DNA of 63,980 nucleotides, the filler included, from Conidiobolus incongruus B7586 (lineage: Eukaryota), in NCBI GenBank assembly GCA_000697335.1. It is 28 parts of 28 records of this genome, joined end to end, with 100 filler letters (N's around TTAATTAATTAA, not from the genome) between each part and the next. Parts side by side here need not be neighbours in the genome. Positions count along the whole stretch, not along the records: positions 46,462 to 56,290 come from JNEM01004813.1; positions 56,391 to 57,634 come from JNEM01004816.1; positions 57,735 to 58,762 come from JNEM01004822.1; positions 58,863 to 59,939 come from JNEM01004826.1; positions 60,040 to 61,575 come from JNEM01004835.1; positions 61,676 to 62,704 come from JNEM01004837.1; positions 62,805 to 63,980 come from JNEM01004867.1; 21 more parts are not named here. One strand, 5' to 3'. Position numbers and translations under genes: made by a program. This document shows, one piece after another, positions 54,465-63,980 of the stretch; the first letter of the stretch is position 1; every line of letters starts with the position of its first letter. The notes under the pieces are model-generated. The model was not told the origin of the DNA. It saw only the letters and a list, made by a program, of their open reading frames with translations, and ran no database searches.

Positions 54465-55479
54465 ATCCGGCTAAAATTGATTCATTTTCTCTTGTTCCAA
54501 TATCAGTGATAGCAAATTGTCATAATTGCTATCGAATTATCCTCAACATTCCATATATTTGTTTTTAAATTACTCAATTACTCTTCTCTTTCTTATACAT
54601 TAAATGGAATTGTTTTATAGTATTTATAATAAAATTATAGTTCATCCAATATTTATACACTGTAATTATTGGTGTTGATAGTGTTAGTTATTGTTTAATA
54701 TCTTATAGTATTTTACTAGTCTAGCGGACTGTTCAATTAGCGCAGTATCATTATTGTTTCATAAATATACTTTTAATTAGTACAAAATATCAACATCCCA
54801 GATATATTTTCAAAATTTCTTGGACCGACGTTACCTGTCATTATAACTAAACCAATTTCCAATAATAAATGCAATAAAATCATAGATATTATTTATAAAA
54901 TTCAATATTTAATAAAATATTTATAATTTCAATTTTATATTATGAGTACGAATATTTAGACTAAATATTTCTTAATAGAATTCGAGCCATGAGCATATAA
55001 AATTGTAATAAATATTAAAAATTCAAAAACTCATTTTATATTGTCTGATTTAAAAAATGTTAGTATTGATAAAAAAATAATAGTAATTTAAATACAATTT
55101 CAATAAGGAGAAAAGGAAACTCTAATATTTAGTGAGGTGCCCAGGTACTATTTTGATGAACACAGTAAGAATCTTTGACTAACTCTTTTAGGTTAGGAAA
55201 CCTTAATTGGATTTTTTTATAATATTATTTAAGTCACACTACCAATAGAAATTAATTAAAGAATTTGAATAGCATTTCTGATTTACTATAACAAAGGAAT
55301 TCCTGATAACCAATAGTTATTTTATTTCAATCTTTATATTTCAAATACAATTAAATGAAAATTTAATCTTCATTTATTAAAATAACACTTATTTTAAATA
55401 CCTTAAAATTTATATTTCTTATATTTTAAAATATTTTTGAGATTGTTTGAATATGAACATAATTAAATTTAATCATTTA

Positions 55480-56290
55480 TATTACTGCAAAATTGAAGTA
55501 ATGAGAAATTTTTTAATTTCTGATTTTTTAAACATATTAATTTCATAAAAAAATATATACAAAATAAATAGAAAAAAAAATAACTTTAAACTATATATAA
55601 ATATTTAATGTTTTTTATTAAAAAATTAACTTTAAAACTTTATTGTTTAATTTAAGTATATTTAAATTAAATAATAATCAATATAAGTCTTTTATTTTAG
55701 TATTATAAAACTTAACCATAAGTTATTAAAAATCATTTAAAATTTACAAACAACTTTTAAAGATGGTGCTTTGTTTAAATCAATTATTTTCTACTAATTA
55801 AATTATTTTAAAGCTAAAAACAAAATTATTTAAAACTTAATAAAATTTAAAAATTAATTTTAATTATTAATCTTTTAAATATTATTAAAATAAAAAATAT
55901 ATTAATAAACTCTTTTTTATTCTAATTAAAAAATTATCAAAGCACTTTAATATTAATTATATAAGTATATTCTATATATTAAAACTTACACTTAGATTAG
56001 TTAATAAATATATAAAATAAATACCTTATAATTTAATTAAAGATTAAAAAAGTTAAAATAATTATAATTAAACAAAACCTAATAAGGTATAACTAAAGAC
56101 AAAAGCTTTTATAATAAATTATTATAATTAGTAAATTATAAATTTTTTATATAATCTGTTATTAAAATAATATTTAAAATACCTAGTTAAAATAATTTTA
56201 ATTATTAATATTTATATGTAAATATTTTATTATTAAGTAAATATTAATTATTATAATAAATTATAATGATATATATTATTTTTATTTAAT
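55480..56290 (+). mobile_element. Degenerate mariner family A, 5' part with left end
   Basis: It starts tattactgcaaaattgaagtaatgagaaattttt, partly complementary to the right end, and is collinear with 1-800. Confidence 0.8.
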
Positions 56291-56477
56291 NNNNNNNNNN
56301 NNNNNNNNNNNNNNNNNNNNNNNNNNNNNNNNNNTTAATTAATTAANNNNNNNNNNNNNNNNNNNNNNNNNNNNNNNNNNNNNNNNNNNNATTATTTATA
56401 TTAATAATCTATTATAAATTCAGTTATTTTAAAGCTAAAAGATAAATTACTTAAAATTTGTTAAAGTTTAAAAAATA

Positions 56478-57634
56478 TATTATGATTTTGTAATTTAAAT
56501 CATAGGAATTTTTTGTGATTGAAAAAATAAATATTTTAATATATAAAAAGTAAAAATAAATATATAATATAAAATTAATAATTTTTTTTATTTTTAATAA
56601 GTTTTTATTATATTTTTAACAAAGATCTAATATCTAAAAGACAATTCTTTTTATTAAAGACTTAAATTTAATATTTCACAAACTAATTATATTTTTTTGT
56701 AAAAATTTTCATTCTTATATGCTAATTTTTTAATTACCCAAAATAATTATAATCACATAGGTTATAATTTAAGGAGTATATTAAAGGTGGTAGTTTTTTC
56801 TAGTTATTTTTGATTAGAAAGTTTTTTATAACTTTAGATTTATATATTTTGCAATTGTTATACTAAATAATAGGTTTTTTAAACTATATTAATAATACCA
56901 ATTAGAAATTATTTTATTTAAAAAAATATAAAGTTTATTATTAATTGATTTTTTTAAAAACTAAATAAAAATAGAATATAATATTATAACTTATTATAAT
57001 AATTAATATTTATTTATCAATAAAATATTTATTTAAAGGAGTTTATAAAGGGGGTTGATTTAGTTTAATCTAACACCTTGATTTATGCTTTAATAAAAGA
57101 TTAAATAAAAAAATTTAAAATTCATTAATTATAATAATTTATTATAAAAGCATTGGTTTCTAGGTATACCTTAATAAGTTTTGTTTAGCAATAGCTACTC
57201 TAGCTTTTTCAAGTTTTAGTCAAATTATAAGATACCCATTTTATATTTTTATTAATTAATTTTAATTTAAATATTAATATATATAAAATACTTATATGAC
57301 TAATAATAAAATATCTTGATAATTCTCTAGTTGAAATAAAAAGATAATTTTCAATATATTTTTTTATTTTATTAATAATTAGAAAAATGATGGTTAAAAT
57401 TAGTTTATTAAATTTTAATAGGTTTTAGGTAGTTTTTTTAGCTTTAAAATAATTTACCTATTGATAAATTGCTGATTTAAATAATACTTTATTATTAAAA
57501 GTTAATTATGAATTTTGAATGATTTTAGAGAATTTATGCTTAAATTTTATTAATACTAAAACAAAAGACTTTTAATGCTTATTATTTAATTTAAATATAA
57601 TTAAATTAAATAACTAATTTTAAAAAATTATTTT
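56478..57634 (-). mobile_element. Degenerate mariner family A, abutting another A fragment (56391-56477, +)
   Basis: The minus strand keeps aaa tgg gta tct tat aat ttg act (KWVxxNLT, WVPHEL-type motif) near 57218-57241. The right end lies at about 56480-56520. Confidence 0.85.
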
Positions 57635-57734
57635 NNNNNNNNNNNNNNNNNNNNNNNNNNNNNNNNNNNNNNNNNNNNTTAATTAATTAANNNNNNNNNN
57701 NNNNNNNNNNNNNNNNNNNNNNNNNNNNNNNNNN

Positions 57735-58672
57735 ATAGAATATTAATTTTAACCATTATTATATTAATTATTAAAAAAATAAATATATAAATTAAAAAAT
57801 AACCTTTTATTTAAGCTAAAAAATTATCAAAATATTTTAATATTAGTTATATAGGTATTTTATATATATTAAAGTTTAAATTAAAATTAATTAATAAAAA
57901 TATAAAAAAAAATATTTTATAATTTAACAAAAGTTTAAAAAAAGCTAAAATAGCTATTATTAAACAAAACTTGCTAAGATATTGCTAAAAACCAAGGCTT
58001 TTACAATAAATTATTATAATTGATGAATCTTAGATTCTTTTATATAATCTTTTACTAAAACATAAATCAAGGTGTTAGATCAAGTTAAATCAACCCTTTC
58101 TACAAATTCCTTTAAATAAACATTTTATTGATAAGCAAATATTAATTGTTGTAATGGATTATAATAACATATGCTATTTTTATTTAGTTTTTAAAGGAAA
58201 ATTATTTAATAGTAAACTTTATATTTTTTTTAAATAAAACTATTTCTAATTGGTATTCTAAATATAATTTGAGAAAACTTATTATTTTACATGATAATTA
58301 TAAAATACATAAATTTAAAGTTATAAAAAACTTTCTAATTAAAAACAACTAGAAAAAACTACCATATCTAGTATATTCTTTAGATTATAACCTATGTAAT
58401 TATAATTGTTTTAGGTAATTAACAAACTAACTTATAAGAAAGAAAATTTTTACAAAAAAATTTGATTAGTTTGTGAAATATTAAATTTCAGTCTTTAATA
58501 AAAAGAATTGTTTTTAAGTGTTAGATCTTTGCTAAAAGTATAGCAAAAAGTTATTAGAAATAAAAAAAATTATTAATTTTATATTATATATTTATTTTTA
58601 TTTTTTATATATTAAAATCTTTATTTTTTTTCAATCACAAAAAATTCCCATTATTTAAATTACAAAATAATA
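57735..58672 (+). mobile_element. Degenerate mariner (DD34D) family A, best-preserved copy, with right end
   Basis: Consensus reads IITIDESWI..YNP..KHxSRCWIK ... KPIILHDNCKxHK ... NNWxKLPHPVYSPDYNPCDYNCF ... SLPKxWQKVI. There are 34 codons between the HD Asp and the last Asp. Confidence 0.92.
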
Positions 58673-58862
58673 TCTTAAAATTAACTTAAAATACTTACTC
58701 TTTATACACTTATTTTAAAATATTCATAGTTAAAAATATAAAATTTTTTTTCAATTAATAATNNNNNNNNNNNNNNNNNNNNNNNNNNNNNNNNNNNNNN
58801 NNNNNNTTAATTAATTAANNNNNNNNNNNNNNNNNNNNNNNNNNNNNNNNNNNNNNNNNNNN

Positions 58863-59939
58863 TATAAATAGTTTTAAATCTTTAGAATAAAATTAAGATA
58901 AAGTTATAAATAAATTAATTTATAAAACCAAAAGAGGTAAAATAAACTAATATAGATGTTATTTAATAATAATAGCTTTATTATTTATTTTTTTATATTA
59001 AAAGTTATAAAAAAAATAACCAAATATTATAATAGTATATAATCATATCAAACCTTATATTTATTCATTTATAAAAGAATTACTAAAAAACAATAATATT
59101 TATATATTTAAATAATGTCTAAATATTTCTAATTTTAATCTTACTTAGTTTGGATAAATATTTACTAAATAAAATATGAAAAAATTATCAAAAAATAAAA
59201 TTAAACGTTAATTTAAAATTATTTAAAAAAATATAGGATAAAGTTTTTAAAAAATTAAAAGATTGGTTTAATAAGTAAGATAAAATATAAAATATATAAT
59301 TAAATTTAAAGAAGGTATTAAATATCATAAAAGAAAAAAAGAATTTGAAGATTTTGATATTAATAAATCTAAAATAAATAATAATAATAATATTAAAATT
59401 GCTTATAAATTATTATATTAGTTAAACAAATTATTTATAGATATATTTTATATTTAATATTTAATTATCAATAGATATATTTATTAATTATTTATTTAAA
59501 TTAAATAGAAAATGATATTTAATTGAAAGATATTAATAACAAATAATTAAAATAATAATTAAAAAGAATATTATTTGGTTAAAAATATATTAAAATTAAA
59601 AAATCATATGAAAAAGCTAATAATAAAAAAAATATGCTATTAACTCAAGATTCAAATATAAAACCATATCTAATATATAATAATAAAATTAATTTAATAT
59701 CAGATAATAATGATTAAACCAAATTTAAGGATTTTAAAATATATATATAGATATAAGTTTTATATCATTTAATATTATAAATAAAAGTCAAATATCTTTT
59801 AAATAAAATCAAAATAATTAAAAGAATTGATTTATAAGATAATTTAATATTATCAATGATAAATTAGGTAATTTTAATAATAATATAATATCAATTAATT
59901 TTAAACTTGGTGTTAATATTTTTTTTCAATATTATTTAA
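58863..59939 (+). mobile_element. Possible hypermutated retroelement relic (unclassified)
   Basis: Same TpA-saturated texture as the TEs. A weak CxxC...HLFFxC-like trace lies near 58950-59010 and needs a frameshift. Confidence 0.25.
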
Positions 59940-60039
59940 NNNNNNNNNNNNNNNNNNNNNNNNNNNNNNNNNNNNNNNNNNNNTTAATTAATTAANNNNN
60001 NNNNNNNNNNNNNNNNNNNNNNNNNNNNNNNNNNNNNNN

Positions 60040-60106
60040 CATATATTCAAATGTTTATTTATTTTTAATCACAAAAAATTCCCATTATTAAAAATACAGA
60101 GTAATA
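60040..60106 (+). mobile_element. Mariner family A right end
   Basis: aatcacaaaaaattcccattattaaaaatacagagtaata matches about 34600-34650 and 58632-58672. Confidence 0.7.
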
Positions 60107-61285
60107 ATGATAATATTTGAGATTTTAAAATTTCATTTAATGATTATTATTTTATTAGAATGATTATATTAAAATTATAACATGAAAAACATATTGACCC
60201 ATTATATTTACTACATTGTATATTTATACCTAATTTACAAATCTCTAATACATGTATTAAATTAAATCTAAAATATTTCAACTTTAATATTGAATATTAA
60301 AAAATAACATTAATTATTGAAAAACCAATCCCATAAGCTAACAAATGTTAAATTTATTAGGATAAATTATAATTTCAAATAATCGATCTTAAATTCGAAA
60401 TATGAATTTAAATGGATGGTTTCAGCAATCATTTGAAATGAGTAATCACATTTTCTCCTCCATCCAGTTACAGAAATTTTTTTTCAAATATGGATAACGT
60501 CTAATAGCACATTGGTTTGTGCAATAATTAAACAATATACTGCACTACTAATATCAAGTGAGCCCTTTAGTCTTTCGCCTTGGTTTTTGTAAATTTTTTT
60601 CAATATCTATTCTTCATGCAACAAAAATATATTAGCTTAATTTGCAGCTCCGTCCACGAAAAACATTTTTTTGCTTTGTGTATTGCTTATTGAGCTTGCG
60701 ATGTGCTTGGTGTTGCTGGGAAATGAGAGATTTTCCGTCTGATTTTAAATAACTTGGAAAGCATAATTCGAATGCTGCTATTTCTTTGCTAAACAAAATG
60801 CTTGAGATTGGTTACTCAAACAATATATTGGTAGTTGAATGTACAAAGGGAGTAAAATTCAAGCTGTTAGCCATTACTTTAAAAGAGTACAAATCGTCTC
60901 GATACAAAATATTTCTCAAAAAGTTAAATTTGCATTTAAGCCACAAAAATTTCTATAATAGTTGCCAAAGTAATATTTTAAAATTTTATAAAATTAAAAA
61001 GTATAGTGGGACTGTCTATAACCAAAAAAAATGATAATTAACAAACTTTGATTTTTTTTCAAATATTGCTATTTGGTAAAATTAGGTATTTTAATTTTAT
61101 ATAGTATTAAGAAATATTCATAATATATTAATAATTATATTGCCTTATATAATAAATTAAAGGATATTTAAAATCAAATATTTTAAACTTAAATAAATAT
61201 TTTGCTGTATATTCTTATAAAGGCATTTAAGATCAATTTATATTTGTTGTGAGTTGTTATTCAATTAAATTCTTATAAAATAAAT

Positions 61286-61316
<31 letters not shown>

Positions 61317-61675
61317 TTCACCTTCCTTTAATTTTTTTATTTAAAATCAGTTAAGTATTTTAAATATAATATTAAATTTTAATTTTATTTTATATTATGA
61401 AAAACTAATAAAATTATTATATATTGATAATAAAAGGTTAATAATATATATTTTAATTAATAATATTTTATATCCATTTATTAGCTTTTTTAATATAAAT
61501 ATATTATTTTAAATTTATAAAACTAATATTTAATTTTTATTTATAATTTTTTCAAGGTATTTCAGTATTATCACANNNNNNNNNNNNNNNNNNNNNNNNN
61601 NNNNNNNNNNNNNNNNNNNTTAATTAATTAANNNNNNNNNNNNNNNNNNNNNNNNNNNNNNNNNNNNNNNNNNNN

Positions 61676-62704
61676 TATTAAAAGTAAGTGATAATAAAAC
61701 TATTACAGGTAAAATAAAAAAAGGAATTGATAAATTTAATAAAAATTATAAAGATATTATACTAACTAAAGTTTATAATATTAACTTTATAATATCTTAA
61801 TCAAGTATCAAATATAATTAAAAAAAATAGAATTTTCTTTAATTTTAATATTATAATAAATATTTCTAATATCTAATTTAATAAATATAGTTAATTTAGA
61901 TAATTTATTTTTAATATCATATAAGTTTAATAATAAAGTTTTATCCTTAATAGTTTTAAAGTTTATAATATAATTATTAATATATAATCTTTTACCATTA
62001 TTAACCTTTTATATAAAGAAAATTAAAGATTTTTATAATGAGGAAGAAAGTTTAACCTATATATTTTTAAGTAATTTTAAATTACTTATTTTAAAGTTTG
62101 ATATTATTAAGAAAATAAATAGTAAATAAATTTTAAATATAGTTATATATTTAAAAGAAATTTATTTTTATATTTAATATTATATTTAAGATATAAATTA
62201 TTTATAAATTCAAAAACATTAATAAATTAACTTATTATATTATATAAAAGATAGTTATTAGTTATAACTTCATTGAAATCAATAGATAAAATATTAATTG
62301 ATTAATAATAAAAAAATATATATCTTTTTAAATTATTAAAGTTTTTAATTAGTTTTTAATATTGATTTTTTTTATAATAATAAAATTACTTAACCTAATT
62401 ATAGTTTTATTATTAAGTAAAGTATTTGGTAGATTTATAATAAATTAATATAAAATTCTTAAGATTAACTCTATTAATTTCTTTTAGAAAATAAAAAAAA
62501 ATAAATTTATAACCTTTTAAAATAATATTTATAAATAAAAAACTATAGTATTTAAACTGATTTTAACCTAATATAAAACTTTAATTAATGATATTTATTA
62601 AAAATTTAATATATTAAAAATAATCAAAAAATAATTAATAGTATTTAAATATAATATTAGATATTTGTTCTAATAAACTATTAGTATATTTAATTATTAA
62701 GATA
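61676..62704 (+). mobile_element. Possible hypermutated retroelement relic (unclassified)
   Basis: TE-like texture. ttg gta gat tta taa taa att aat near 62426 could be an RT LVDLRxIN motif, but downstream RT motifs were not recognised. Confidence 0.25.
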
Positions 62705-62859
62705 NNNNNNNNNNNNNNNNNNNNNNNNNNNNNNNNNNNNNNNNNNNNTTAATTAATTAANNNNNNNNNNNNNNNNNNNNNNNNNNNNNNNNNNNNNNNN
62801 NNNNAAATATATATAAAATAAACAAGAAATTATATATCTTTAATTATATATATATTATT

Positions 62860-63960
62860 ATTATTTTAATTAAAACATTAATTTTTTAAAATTAGTTGTT
62901 TAATTTAATCATACTTAAACTAAATAATAATTATCAAAAGTTTTTTAATTTGGTATTAATAAAATTTAACCATAAACTCTTTAAAATTATTTAAAATTTA
63001 TAAGTAGCTCTTAATAATAAAATACTATCTAAATTAACAATTTATTACTAGGTAAATTATTTTAAAATTTAATAAGAAATTATTTGAAACTAGTTAAAAT
63101 CTAAAAAACTAATTTTAACTGTTATTTTTTTAATTATTAATATAGTGAAAAAATATATTAAAAAGTATCTTTTTATTTCAGTTATAATATTATTTAAATA
63201 TTTTAATATTAATTTTATATATATTTTATATATAAAGTTTAAACTCAAATTAATTAATCAAAATATAAAATAAATACCTTATAATTTAACTATAGTTTAA
63301 AAGAAAGTTAAAGTAGTTATTATTAAATTATACTTATTAAAATATTAATAGAAATTTAAGCTTTTATAGTAAATAGTTATAATTGATGAATTTTAAATCC
63401 TTGTATATAATCTTATATTAAAATATAAATTAAAGTGTTATATTAAATTAATTTAACCACCTTTATAAATCCTTTTCAATAAATATTTTATTAATAAAAA
63501 AATATTAACTATTATAATAAATTATAATAATATATGTTACTTTTATTTAATTTTCAAAGGAAAATCAGTTAATAATAAGCTTTATATTATTTTTTTCAAT
63601 AAAACTATTTTTAATTGGTATTTTTAATATAATATAAAAGATTTATTATTTTGCATAATAATTATAAAATATATAAATTTAAAGCTATAAAAAATTTTCT
63701 GATTAAAAATAATTAGAAAAAAAATATCATATCTAGTATTTTCTTTAGATTATAACCTATATGATTATAATTATTTTAAGATTTTAAAAACCAACTTATA
63801 AAAAAATTTTTATAAGAAAATTTAATTGATTTTAAAATATTAAATTTTAGTTTTTAATAAAAAGATATGTTTTTTAAGAGTTAGAAATTTGCTAAAAATA
63901 TAGAAAAAAGTTTTTAATAATAAATAAAACTATTATATTTATAATATATATATATTTTTA
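62860..63960 (+). mobile_element. Degenerate mariner family A
   Basis: att gat gaa near 63382 and gat tat aac cta tat gat tat near 63748. Collinear with 1-1150. Confidence 0.88.
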
Positions 63961-63980
63961 TATATTAAATATCATAATAT

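Noticed and set aside
55135..55310. Possible box C/D snoRNA (TGATGA ... CTGA)
   Set aside because: These boxes are common by chance in AT-rich DNA. No terminal stem or guide complementarity was recognised.
60786..61034. 82-aa ORF as a protein-coding gene
   Set aside because: TTG start, no domain, and it trails into AT-rich sequence. It is kept only as part of an unresolved island.
1176..62804. Regularly recurring TTAATTAATTAA flanked by N runs as a CRISPR-like or biological repeat
   Set aside because: It is a fixed 100-nt assembly linker with six-frame stops, so it is artificial. It also invalidates any synteny across contigs.

Overview
This is extremely AT-rich eukaryotic DNA and not one continuous locus. 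It is 28 short contigs joined by 27 artificial 100-nt linkers (44 N + TTAATTAATTAA + 44 N), so adjacency across linkers means nothing. Short GT-AG introns of about 45-60 nt, a YCR051W-like ankyrin gene, ERG28 and duplicated intronless class-A-like GPCR genes suggest an early-diverging fungus. A Conidiobolus/Neoconidiobolus-like entomophthoralean is my best inference, not established. Real genes: a secreted Pro-Cys-Thr mucin (7635-8771), a 7TM receptor plus a decayed paralog (41350-45499), and a compact gene island (48041-54464) holding the ankyrin gene, ERG28, Taspase1, a short BCD1-like zf-HIT gene, tRNA-Asn(GTT) and an intron-containing bacterial-type PH-domain gene. Most other contigs are dead transposons missed by the ORF track: about 10 long copies of a Tc1 DD34E IR/DR element, about 6 of a mariner DD34D element, a Ty3/Gypsy integrase relic, solo LTRs and a third TIR family. 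The main signal is that the long repeats are saturated with C->T / G->A transitions on both strands, largely CpA/TpG->TpA, which is the footprint of RIP-like genome defence. Short solo LTRs, a gene-family pseudogene and the mucin tandem array are spared. Ancestral transposase sequences below were reconstructed by eye by comparing copies.
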